Source: an uncultured Clostridium sp.
Lineage (GTDB): Bacteria; Bacillota; Clostridia; TANB77; CAG-508
Assembly: GCA_946499885.1 (NCBI GenBank)
Contig: CAMMTN010000002.1
Location: 85,085 to 125,084, forward strand
Direction of reading: 5' to 3'
DNA length: 40,000 nt
A model generated the notes under the pieces. The model saw nothing but the letters and a program-made list of their open reading frames with translations. It was not told where the DNA came from and ran no database searches. Positions 1 to 8,656 of the stretch are shown here, in pieces (within the stretch, counting starts at the first letter, position 1; each line of letters begins with the position of its first letter). Made by a program: the position numbers and the translations under genes.

Positions 1-150
1 CGAAATATTGTTATCTTGAAATGCTTTTAGCACTTTTAGTGAATTATATTCACAAGTTTTATTTATTTGCTCAAAAATTGGCTTTAGTTCTTGTTCTACT
101 TCTTCAGATAATTTTATTAATTTATCTGATATTCCAAATTTTTTATACAT
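1..150 (-). CDS. First 50 codons of a YnbB-like 'aluminium resistance'/Met-gamma-lyase-family PLP protein; the gene runs off the left edge
   Basis: Not in the ORF track because there is no stop in the window. Minus-strand ATG at 148-150 follows GAAGGTGA. Translation is MYKKFGISDKLIKLSEEVEQELKPIFEQINKTCEYNSLKVLKAFQDNNIS. The family call rests on recalled N-termini only. Confidence 0.45.
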   Translation of the reverse strand, partial: MYKKFGISDKLIKLSEEVEQELKPIFEQINKTCEYNSLKVLKAFQDNNIS

Positions 151-170
151 CTTTATCACCTTCAAAATCC

Positions 171-1913
171 TTATTCCACCTTATCTGTAAAGAAATCATT
201 TCCATACCATTCTTCTGATTTATAATATTTTCCTATAAATATTGGATTTATGCTTTCTAATTCGTATATTGGTTCTTGCACAATTTCTCCATTTTCATTT
301 ATGACTCCCCACTTGTCATCTTTCTTTATACCTGCAAATCCATATTCATTAAACTGTGTAGCAAAATCATATTCATTTTGTATTTTTAGATTTCCATCTT
401 TATCTACAAATCCCCATTTATTATTTATTTTTTTCGCAAATAATTTATTTTTTGGAAATACTTGGCTTGCAGTTAATTCATTTCCTGAATAATCAAAATA
501 TTTACTCTCTTTTTCTGAATATAAAGCAATATAATTGTCTTTAACTTCTACTATTGCTTCATCCATGGTTACTACAATTTCCATATTTTTATTTATTAAA
601 CTTATTGTATTTGTATCAGAAATATTTGCTTGTAATAATTCAGTTCCATCTAATTTAAATATACTATTATACTTTAGGTCTACTAAAGATTTTCCACTTA
701 AATTTATAATACCATTATTTTTATCTGTGGCAACAATAAAATTATTATTATCTATTTCTTCTATATAAGTATAATTTTTATCTATTACAACATTATCATT
801 ATCATCTATTATCTTGTAAATTTCATCTTTTCCATAAACTATGCTATAATTTCCATCTTTAGTTGGCATTTTATAAATATATCCATTTGTCACTTCATTT
901 CCATTTAAGTCTAATACTTTTTCTTCATCGTTTTCAGTTACATTAATATATACCCCACCAAAAGTAATACTATTATACTTAGTGTCTATTTTTATATTTC
1001 CTTCTCTGTCTGTAATTCCTTGGTTACCATTTCTTCTAACTAAAAACACATCATTATATGAATTATATTTGATTTCTTCATATTCGTAATTTAATATAAC
1101 TTTATTATTTCTTAATAATCCTGCTTGTCCATCTTTATATGCTATTAAGTATATATTTTTACTATCTTCTATTTCTGTTACTCTTTCTATTTCTGTATAT
1201 TCTGTTTTTAATATTACGTCACCTTTATAATTTATATATCCATATCTATAACCATTTTCCTCTGTTTTACATACAATAAATCCTGTGGTTTGGTATTTAG
1301 TATTAATATCATAATAATTATCTATTGTTATATTTTCATATTCTACATCAATTACTGTAATTCCATTAAGATTAATCACGCCTTTTTTGTCTTTCAAACT
1401 TACTATAAACATACCTTCTTTATATGGTATAGAAGATATATCATCATATACTGGGTCTGTCACTTCTTTTCCGTTAATATCTATAAGTCCGTATTTTCCA
1501 TTTCTCTTATATTTTAATACTGTTTTTTCAAAAGGAATACCATCTGCTGTTGTTTCCGTTGGAATAGCTTGTACACTCTCATACCCAATAAATATTTGCT
1601 CTTTTTTATCATTTAATACCTTTGTTTCATACTCTTTTGTTTCTGTATTATAATTTGACATACATATAAATATTGGTTTTGATGGATTAGGAATTTGAAT
1701 AACATCATAATTTGGTTCAATTATAATATTGCCTTTTCCGTCAATTACACCATACCTATTATTTACATTAATAGTATTATATTCTATATTTGAAACTGTT
1801 TCTATCTCATAAATATATTTAGCCCTTTTTATAAAATACATAGTTAGAATTGTAGCTATAATTGCAATAATCAATATTATAATTACTAAAATTATTATTT
1901 TCTTTTTATTCAT
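171..1913 (-). CDS. Membrane-anchored WG-repeat (KWG-type beta-propeller-like repeat) protein
   Basis: 580-aa ORF with an N-terminal TM helix (IIILVIIILIIAIIATILTMYFI). It has many repeats of the form [KR][WY]G[FVL][IV]D/N..G, such as KWGFVDKDGN, KWGVINENGE, RYGVIDGKGN and KYGLIDINGK. Confidence 0.8.
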   Translation of the reverse strand: MNKKKIIILVIIILIIAIIATILTMYFIKRAKYIYEIETVSNIEYNTINVNNRYGVIDGKGNIIIEPNYDVIQIPNPSKPIFICMSNYNTETKEYETKVLNDKKEQIFIGYESVQAIPTETTADGIPFEKTVLKYKRNGKYGLIDINGKEVTDPVYDDISSIPYKEGMFIVSLKDKKGVINLNGITVIDVEYENITIDNYYDINTKYQTTGFIVCKTEENGYRYGYINYKGDVILKTEYTEIERVTEIEDSKNIYLIAYKDGQAGLLRNNKVILNYEYEEIKYNSYNDVFLVRRNGNQGITDREGNIKIDTKYNSITFGGVYINVTENDEEKVLDLNGNEVTNGYIYKMPTKDGNYSIVYGKDEIYKIIDDNDNVVIDKNYTYIEEIDNNNFIVATDKNNGIINLSGKSLVDLKYNSIFKLDGTELLQANISDTNTISLINKNMEIVVTMDEAIVEVKDNYIALYSEKESKYFDYSGNELTASQVFPKNKLFAKKINNKWGFVDKDGNLKIQNEYDFATQFNEYGFAGIKKDDKWGVINENGEIVQEPIYELESINPIFIGKYYKSEEWYGNDFFTDKVE

Positions 1914-1941
1914 ATTACCTATCCTTTCTAAAAATACATTT

Positions 1942-3252
1942 TTATTCTACATCTTCTTTTTCTTCTAGATTTTTACATATTTTAACATATTTAATTCTTT
2001 TATCTTCTACTTCTTCTACTTTAAATGTAAGCTTTTCTCCTTCTATCACTGGATGTTCATTTTTTTCTGGTATCCTACCTAGTTTATCAATTAGATAACC
2101 CGATAAAGTTTCATAATCTCCTTCTGGTATTTCAACTCCAAATATTTTCTTTAAATCATAGGATGTTAGCGCTCCGCTTAAAATATAGGTGTTATCATCT
2201 ATTTTTTTTACTTCTATTTCTTCATCATCATATTCATCAAATATATTTCCAACCAGTTCTTCTATAATATCTTCCATTGTAATTAAACCTGCTGTTCCTC
2301 CATATTCATCTATTACAATAGCCATTTGAACTTTATTTTTTTGCATTTCTTTAAAAAGTTCATCTATATCTTTTGATTCAGGAACAAAATATGGTTGTCT
2401 TAATAATTTTTCTATCTCTATTTTTTTTCCTTCTTTTAGAGGCTTTAATATATCCTTGACATATAATATTCCTTTTATATCATCTATATCTTCATTATAT
2501 ACTGGTATTCTACTATATTTAAATTCATCAATTTCATCTAATATTTGTTTTATATTATCATTTATATCTATTGCATACATTTCAGTTCTTGGCGTCATAG
2601 CTTCTGAAACTATAATATCATTAAATTCAAAAACATTGTTTAATAACTGCTTTTCTTCTGTTTCTATAGTACCTTTTTCTTCACCCTCTGCAATCATCAT
2701 TTTAATTTCTTCTTCTGTAACTATCTCTTCATCTGCTTCTCCTACTCCAAATAATTTTGAAATCATATTAGTTGAAGCTGTAAGCAATTTTACAAAAGGT
2801 GCTGTAAAAATAGATATTGCTCTTATTGGTCCTATTGTTGCATAAGCAATTTTTTCATAATATTTCATAGCTAATCTTTTTGGCACTAATTCTCCAAATA
2901 CTAACGTAAAGAATGAAAGAATTAAAGTAATTATTACTATTGAAATTCCCTTCCAAGCATCTATTGAAATAACTGGCAAAAGTGAATTTAGTACCGGGGC
3001 TAATTTATCTGCGAAAGCATCTGATGCAAATGCACTTGATAAAAATCCTGCAAGTGTTATTCCTATTTGTATTGTTGCTAAGAATTTACTTGGAGATTTT
3101 AACATTTTTAAAATTTGTTTCGATTTTTTATTTCCGGATTTAGCATATTTTTCTATTTTTGCATCATTTAAAGAAATAAAGGCTATTTCTGTTGCAGCAA
3201 AATATGCATTAAGTAATATTAAGATAATTAAAACTATTAATTGTGAAATCAT
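1942..3252 (-). CDS. Hemolysin-family/CNNM (DUF21)-CBS-CorC_HlyC membrane protein (TlyC/CorC-like)
   Basis: 436 aa. N-terminal multi-TM DUF21-like region, a central CBS-pair-like region (IMTPRTEM..., IPVYNEDIDDIKGILYVKDIL) and a C-terminal CorC/HlyC-like end. ATG at 3250-3252 follows AAAGGAAGGA. Confidence 0.88.
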   Translation of the reverse strand: MISQLIVLIILILLNAYFAATEIAFISLNDAKIEKYAKSGNKKSKQILKMLKSPSKFLATIQIGITLAGFLSSAFASDAFADKLAPVLNSLLPVISIDAWKGISIVIITLILSFFTLVFGELVPKRLAMKYYEKIAYATIGPIRAISIFTAPFVKLLTASTNMISKLFGVGEADEEIVTEEEIKMMIAEGEEKGTIETEEKQLLNNVFEFNDIIVSEAMTPRTEMYAIDINDNIKQILDEIDEFKYSRIPVYNEDIDDIKGILYVKDILKPLKEGKKIEIEKLLRQPYFVPESKDIDELFKEMQKNKVQMAIVIDEYGGTAGLITMEDIIEELVGNIFDEYDDEEIEVKKIDDNTYILSGALTSYDLKKIFGVEIPEGDYETLSGYLIDKLGRIPEKNEHPVIEGEKLTFKVEEVEDKRIKYVKICKNLEEKEDVE

Positions 3253-3304
3253 TAATTTTATCCTTCCTTTTGTTACATATTATATGTATATAACAATATA
3301 ATAT

Positions 3305-3333
3305 ATCATAATTTATTTAATAAATTATGTCAA
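3305..3333 (-). promoter_or_regulatory. Sigma-A-type promoter for the CNNM/TlyC-like gene
   Basis: The minus strand reads TTGACA, a 17-nt spacer, then TATGAT. It lies between the 3346-3400 terminator and the 3252 start. Confidence 0.5.
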
Positions 3334-3345
3334 GAATTTCCACTT

Positions 3346-3400
3346 AAAAAAGCAGTGAAAAAAATTGTATTTTCTTACAATTTTTTTCACTGCTTTTTTT
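3346..3400. terminator. Bidirectional rho-independent terminator (perfect ~24-bp stem flanked by A/T runs)
   Basis: AAAAAAGCAGTGAAAAAAATTGTA, a 6-nt loop, then TACAATTTTTTTCACTGCTTTTTTT. Confidence 0.8.
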
Positions 3401-3624
3401 ATTGTATAGGAAAAATCGACTTTTTATTTGATATTTCAGTGTTTTTAACGATTTTTCCGTATACAACAAGGTTAAGTTACCTTGCTACGTGCAATAATTG
3501 CGAAGCAATTTTGCACATGTGGACGTCGAAATCTTTGATTTCGTTAACGTCCAATTTTCTTATTTTTCAATTAGAAAATAGTTATGTTTTGTTAGAATTT
3601 GCTTATCAAAATTCTAATATAATT
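3401..3624. other. Densely structured non-coding block of about six consecutive hairpins, between the adhesin stop and the terminator; function unknown
   Basis: Inverted repeats read directly: TTGTATA(C)GGAAAAATCG/CGATTTTTCCTATACAA; CAAGGT/ACCTTG; GTGCAA..AATTGC-GAA-GCAATT..TTGCAC; GGACGT-CGAAATC-TTTG-ATTTCG-TTA-ACGTCC; TTTTCT/AGAAAA; TAGAATTT/AAATTCTA. I recognise no known RNA family. Confidence 0.4.
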
Positions 3625-4899
3625 TTAAAATCCTGTTTGTGGTAAATTAACTTCTTTTTCTCCTGTTACAGTTATATCTTCATCTTCTACTTGTTTTTCT
3701 TCTTGTTCTGGTTTTTTGTAATCATTTACATTAACTACATATCTTTGATTTAATTCAACATTTATTTCTACTAAAGAACCATAAGTACTATATCCATCTG
3801 GTGCTTTTCTTTCTTCGATATAATATACACCTGGATTAATATTTTCTACTATTGCAATTCCGTTTTCATCAGTTGTTATATCAGTATACACATAATGTTT
3901 TTTGGCATCAAGCAAATTAAATTTAGCACCTTTTAATGTTTCTCCTGTTTCTGCATCTTTTTTTACAATTTCTATCTTGGTTGTATTTTCTAAATATTTA
4001 AGCTTTATTTTTGTACTTTCAAACTCATATTCTCCTGCTACTAGGGCATAACTTTGTTTATTACTATCTCCTGAATCACCATAAAGTATTGGAAATGTTC
4101 TCATATCCGCTGTTACTTCTAATTCTAATTCTCCTGCTTTATCCATTTCAGATATTGGTATTAGTACTTTAAATTTTTCTCCAGTTTCAAATTCATTTTT
4201 TACCTCATTATCTTCATTTGTTACCTTAACACCTTCTGCTAATACATTATTTAATTTCACCTTATATTTTGTACTTGTTACATTAGTTTCAACATAAAAA
4301 GTTTTACTTGCATATTGTTCTTCATTTTCATCCATCTCCCATTTCTTATCATCTGTTTTTACAGTTACTACTGGTGCATCTTTGGCTGCAGCAGAATTTC
4401 TTGCTGTTTGTGAAATTTTTATTGCTGCATTTAAAACTCTGTCACCTTGTTCATTCATTCCTTTAAAGTCATTCCAGTCATAATTATACATCATATCATA
4501 TACAGCCATTTTAGTCGCAGCAAATGCTTCTATATCACTATTACAACCTAGTTGGCTAGCTGACTTAAATGGATAACCATTTGTTACTGCTCTCCAAATC
4601 TTGCTGTTAGTTACTAATTGTTCTGCTTTAACATTATATCCTCCCTCACTTGTAACACCTGGTAAATCCCTATTTAAACAATAAGCCGGATATTCTATTC
4701 CATCTTTTTCATATACTACAAATTCAACACCTACTTTAATAGTCTTTTTATATGTTAAGCATACTATTTCGCCTTTAGAATATAAGTCTGCTTCATCTAT
4801 TAAGTATGTAGCTGCTTTTGAAGTGTTATTAAGTATGCCAAATGTAGTAATCATTGTTACTATAATTAATAATATTGATATTATTTTCTTTATTTCCAT
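3625..4899 (-). CDS. Secreted surface adhesin: thioester-domain-like N-terminal region, Cna-B/SpaA-type C-terminal domain, ending LPQTGF directly at the stop (sorting signal lacks its TM tail)
   Basis: Likely start is MEIKKIISILLIIVTMITTFG (ATG 4897-4899 after GAAGGAAA), giving a signal peptide. Motifs are AYCLNRDLPG and ...NGYP...AFAATKMAVY. The Cna-B-like block is IEIVKKDAETGETLKGAKFNLLD...DENGIAIVENINPGVYYIEERKAPDGY. The C-terminus is NLPQTGF*. Confidence 0.85.
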   Translation of the reverse strand: MEIKKIISILLIIVTMITTFGILNNTSKAATYLIDEADLYSKGEIVCLTYKKTIKVGVEFVVYEKDGIEYPAYCLNRDLPGVTSEGGYNVKAEQLVTNSKIWRAVTNGYPFKSASQLGCNSDIEAFAATKMAVYDMMYNYDWNDFKGMNEQGDRVLNAAIKISQTARNSAAAKDAPVVTVKTDDKKWEMDENEEQYASKTFYVETNVTSTKYKVKLNNVLAEGVKVTNEDNEVKNEFETGEKFKVLIPISEMDKAGELELEVTADMRTFPILYGDSGDSNKQSYALVAGEYEFESTKIKLKYLENTTKIEIVKKDAETGETLKGAKFNLLDAKKHYVYTDITTDENGIAIVENINPGVYYIEERKAPDGYSTYGSLVEINVELNQRYVVNVNDYKKPEQEEKQVEDEDITVTGEKEVNLPQTGF

Positions 4900-4915
4900 A
4901 TATTTTCCTTCTTTC

Positions 4916-5641
4916 TTATATAATTTCAATAGCTTGAATACATCTTCTGTATTCTTTCATATTTTCTACACATGTTATTAATGTTATTCTATTGTCTATT
5001 GTATCTACCGTATAGCTCCAATTTGTTTGCTTTATAATTTTATTTAAAACCACCTTATATTTTCTTTCTCCTTTTTCAGTACAATAAATTATCTCATCTC
5101 CATTTGATAAATATTTCAAATTTTCAAAAAAGTTACAGTTGTATCCTCTATTATGTCCTGCTAAAACTACATTTCCATTCCATTTAGTAGTATTCTCAAA
5201 ATGCCCAACCGCAGTTGCTAAAATTGCTTGAGAAGTTCCATTTTTTATTGGAGCATTTATATTTATCTTAGGTATTTTTATCCTCCATTTATTATTTGCA
5301 TCTAAAAAAGTATATTCTGGTTGCACATTTTCTTCTTCAATTTCATCTATTTGGTCGTTATTTTCTATATATTCTACTCTTGTGTTTTCATCATAAATAT
5401 CTGCAATTTGCATTAATTCTATAAAAGATTTTTCTATATCCATGCCACTGTTTTTTATATTTCTTCTTTTTATACTATTATATCTTCCTAAATCAATATT
5501 ACTTATATATTTTTTTTCGTTATTTGAGCTTTTGGGTACATTTAAGAAACAAAAATCTAACATGATAAAAAGTAACAAACATATTACTATTGTTATAAAT
5601 TGAGTTACAGAATTAATGCATTTTTTTGTACAAATTAGCAC
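4916..5641 (-). CDS. Sortase (small class D-like transpeptidase)
   Basis: 241 aa with an N-terminal TM helix. It has LAGHN (catalytic His region) and TLITC (catalytic Cys). GTG start. It lies immediately upstream of the LPQTG protein. Confidence 0.82.
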   Translation of the reverse strand: MLICTKKCINSVTQFITIVICLLLFIMLDFCFLNVPKSSNNEKKYISNIDLGRYNSIKRRNIKNSGMDIEKSFIELMQIADIYDENTRVEYIENNDQIDEIEEENVQPEYTFLDANNKWRIKIPKININAPIKNGTSQAILATAVGHFENTTKWNGNVVLAGHNRGYNCNFFENLKYLSNGDEIIYCTEKGERKYKVVLNKIIKQTNWSYTVDTIDNRITLITCVENMKEYRRCIQAIEII

Positions 5642-5807
5642 ATAAAATACACCTACCTTTTTATATATTCTTTATACATTGTGATTTTTTTAAGAATAAA
5701 ATAATTTGTTGATTAAAACTTAATTGATTTAATTTTTGATAAAATTAATTTGATAAAAATTGCAATTTTTAATATGCTTATATATTACTACAGATTACAT
5801 AATTTGT

Positions 5808-5847
5808 AAAGAACTTTTCGTCGACATAATTCGACAAAAAGTTCTTT
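5808..5847 (-). terminator. Hairpin downstream of the NUDIX gene (putative terminator, weak U-tract)
   Basis: AAAGAACTTTT, an 18-nt loop containing two TCGAC copies, then AAAAGTTCTTT. It lies 9 nt past the stop at 5856. Confidence 0.4.
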
Positions 5848-5855
5848 TACTTATC

Positions 5856-6344
5856 CTATATGTTTTTCTTTAATCCCTCCAACCATTCAAACCCTTCGCT
5901 CTCTAAATGTACTAATTCTTCTATTTTATAATATCTTACTTCTTCTACTTCCTTTTCTTGTAATATACATTCACTTATATCTACATTTTTTCTAATAAAA
6001 TATATTGTAAAATATGCTTTTCCGTTTGTAGCTTTTCTAATTATCTTTAACTTATTTTTATCTAGCAAAACGCCTATTTCTTCAAAAACCTCACGTACTC
6101 CAGCATCTGTAGTTTCTTCTTTTAATCTTACTTTTCCTCCGCAAATTTCCCATTTGCTTGGATTACTTTTCTTAAATTTACTACGTTTCTGCAATAATAT
6201 TTCATTATTATCATTAATAATAACAACACCAACAACTGAAAGATAATATTCACTCGGTATATTATCAGAATTACAAGCTTCTTTATATGTTATAACTTTG
6301 CCTGTTTTATTTCCATTTTTATCAACTAGTTCAAATTTTTCCAC
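5856..6344 (-). CDS. NUDIX hydrolase
   Basis: Nudix box GKVRLKEETTDAGVREVFEEIGV fits Gx5Ex7REUxEExGU. Confidence 0.9.
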   Translation of the reverse strand: MEKFELVDKNGNKTGKVITYKEACNSDNIPSEYYLSVVGVVIINDNNEILLQKRSKFKKSNPSKWEICGGKVRLKEETTDAGVREVFEEIGVLLDKNKLKIIRKATNGKAYFTIYFIRKNVDISECILQEKEVEEVRYYKIEELVHLESEGFEWLEGLKKNI

Positions 6345-6357
6345 TGATTTTCTCCTT

Positions 6358-7848
6358 TTATTTTTCTTTATTTAGTTCAAAATAAAACTCCACACCATTT
6401 TCTTTATTTATTACACCATAATCGTTTTCATAATTAGTCATAATAGCTTTAACTAGCGCAAGGCCAATTCCTGTTCCGCCTTCTGCTCTATTTCTTGAAG
6501 TATCTTCTTTAAAAAATCTTCTCCAAATTTTTTGAATATTTTCTTCAGCAATATTTTCACCTGTATTAAATACAGATACCCTTATTTTTTCTTTTTCTTC
6601 CTCTATTCTTATTTCTATTTCTTTATTACCATTAACATCTATTGCATGTTTTATAGCATTTGTAAAATAGTTTGTAACAACTTGTTCTATGTAAAATTCA
6701 TCTGCAAATACAAGTACGGGTTTCTTTGCTTCGAATTTTATTTTGATATTTTTTTCTTCTATCATTACTCTGCATTTTCTTATTACTTCATTTATTAGTT
6801 CTACAATATCAAAATTAGCATTGTTAAACTCTCTTTTCCCATACTCAAGTTTCATAAGTTCAAGTAATTGTTTTACTAAAGTATCCATTTTATTAGATTC
6901 ATCTAAAATAACTTCTGCATAAAATTTTCTAGATTCATCATCGGTATTTACATTCTCTATAAGCCCTTCTGCATATCCTTGTATTAGAGCTATTGGAGTT
7001 TTTAATTCATGCGATACATCTGAAATAAATTGCTTTCTCATCTCATCTATTTTAGATTTTTCCTCTATATCTTTTTCAAGCTCTGAATTATTATCTCTTA
7101 ATTGTTTTATAGTTCTTTCTAACTTATCAGACATGGTATTTATATTTTTTCCAAGCTCATTTATTTCATCGTCTGTATCTGCTATTCTATATTTTTTTGT
7201 AAAATCTAATTTGGCCATTTTATTTGTTATTTCATTTAACTCAACAATTGGAGCAGTAAACTTTTTAGAAATATATGAAGCAATAAATGCTGAAATTAAC
7301 AAAATTATAATGCCTATTAATATTAATGCCTGATTTGAAATCTGTACACTTTCTTCTATCGGAACAGCAGGTATACTAATATACAAATTATATCCATTAT
7401 CTAATCTTCCTGATAATAATATATAATTTAGATTATTATATTTATCATTTACTCTAGAAATTTTTATATTATTATCTGAATAAATTACACTATTACTATC
7501 TTTATAATTTTTTGCATTTGTAATTGTATCTATTGTTGAATATAAATCTCTATTAGTGCTAAATATAATTATATTGTCATCTGTTTCAATAAAAATATCA
7601 AAATTATTGTTATATGCTATTCTTCTTAATTCTTCATCTATGTTATCACTATTTTGATTTACATTGTAATATGTATTTATTTTTTTATATAAATCTCTTA
7701 CAGTTTTAGTTTTTGAATATAAATAAAACGATTCTAATACAATATTATTTATTGCAACCAAACATAATACTATAACTGCTATTACAATACACATTGTAAA
7801 GAATAATTTAAATCTTACCGACTTAAAACTATTTTTTATTTTTTGCAT
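6358..7848 (-). CDS. Sensor histidine kinase (2 TM, HAMP, HisKA, HATPase_c)
   Basis: H-box SHELKTPIALIQGY, G-box GGTGIGLALVKAI, HAMP-like APIVELNEITNKMAKLDF. Confidence 0.92.
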   Translation of the reverse strand: MQKIKNSFKSVRFKLFFTMCIVIAVIVLCLVAINNIVLESFYLYSKTKTVRDLYKKINTYYNVNQNSDNIDEELRRIAYNNNFDIFIETDDNIIIFSTNRDLYSTIDTITNAKNYKDSNSVIYSDNNIKISRVNDKYNNLNYILLSGRLDNGYNLYISIPAVPIEESVQISNQALILIGIIILLISAFIASYISKKFTAPIVELNEITNKMAKLDFTKKYRIADTDDEINELGKNINTMSDKLERTIKQLRDNNSELEKDIEEKSKIDEMRKQFISDVSHELKTPIALIQGYAEGLIENVNTDDESRKFYAEVILDESNKMDTLVKQLLELMKLEYGKREFNNANFDIVELINEVIRKCRVMIEEKNIKIKFEAKKPVLVFADEFYIEQVVTNYFTNAIKHAIDVNGNKEIEIRIEEEKEKIRVSVFNTGENIAEENIQKIWRRFFKEDTSRNRAEGGTGIGLALVKAIMTNYENDYGVINKENGVEFYFELNKEK

Positions 7849-7871
7849 TTTTGTAACTTTCCCTTCTACTT

Positions 7872-8549
7872 TTATTTTGCTTCAAATTTGTACCCAATAC
7901 CTCTTATTGTTTGAATATATTTTCCTTTTTTTCCAAGTTTATGTCTTATTTTCTTTATATGACTATCTATTGTTCTAGAATCTCCATAGTAATCATAATT
8001 CCATACATTATTTAGTATTTTATCTCTTGATAATGCAATATTTTGATTATCTACTAAATATTTTAAGAGTTCATATTCTCTTAAACTCATCTCAATTTGT
8101 TTTCCATCAACTGTTACAGTTCTCCCCTCTGAATCTATAACTATTCCAGCATAATCTTTTATCTCTTTTGCTTCTGGGTTTGTCCTTTTTAAAATTGCTT
8201 CTACTCTTGCGACTAATATTTTAGGGCTAAATGGTTTTGATATATATTCATCTACTCCAAGCTCAAATCCAAAAAGTTCGTCTTGTTCTTCTCCTCTTGC
8301 TGTAAGCATAATAATTGGGACTTTTGAAGTTTGTCTAATTTGCCTTAAAACAGACCAACCGTCTAATTTTGGCATCATTACATCTAATAAAATTAAATTT
8401 ATTTTATTTTTATTTTCTTCAAATATTTTTAGTGCCTCTTCTCCATCTCCTGCCTCTAAAATTCCAAATCCCTTTTGCATCAAAAAATCTTTAATTAACT
8501 TTCTCATTCTTGACTCGTCATCTACTACTAAAACTGTTGTATCTATCAT
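7872..8549 (-). CDS. OmpR/PhoB-family response regulator
   Basis: Receiver domain VLVVDDE...LILLDVMMPKLDG. Winged-helix C-terminus IQTIRGIGYKFE. Confidence 0.95.
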   Translation of the reverse strand: MIDTTVLVVDDESRMRKLIKDFLMQKGFGILEAGDGEEALKIFEENKNKINLILLDVMMPKLDGWSVLRQIRQTSKVPIIMLTARGEEQDELFGFELGVDEYISKPFSPKILVARVEAILKRTNPEAKEIKDYAGIVIDSEGRTVTVDGKQIEMSLREYELLKYLVDNQNIALSRDKILNNVWNYDYYGDSRTIDSHIKKIRHKLGKKGKYIQTIRGIGYKFEAK

Positions 8550-8629
8550 GTTACCATATCCTTTCCATTTATATTACGTTATATATTATACCTACTTTTT
8601 GTGTCCATTGTATGAATAATTTGTATAAA

Positions 8630-8651
8630 CCCCACCGATTTTTCAGTGGGG
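8630..8651 (-). terminator. Rho-independent terminator after the MscS gene
   Basis: On the minus strand: CCCCAC, a 10-nt loop, GTGGGG, then TTTATAC. Confidence 0.6.
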
Positions 8652-8656
8652 AAATT

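Noticed and set aside
3253-3624. The idea that the structured block is a riboswitch (for example Mg/M-box) for the downstream CNNM/CorC-like gene
   Set aside because: A full terminator and then a good TTGACA-17-TATGAT promoter lie between the block and the gene. I also see none of the conserved M-box strings.
3355-3645. 96-aa plus-strand ORF across the hairpin block
   Set aside because: It starts inside the terminator stem, has no RBS, and spans consecutive inverted repeats. It is better explained as non-coding structure.
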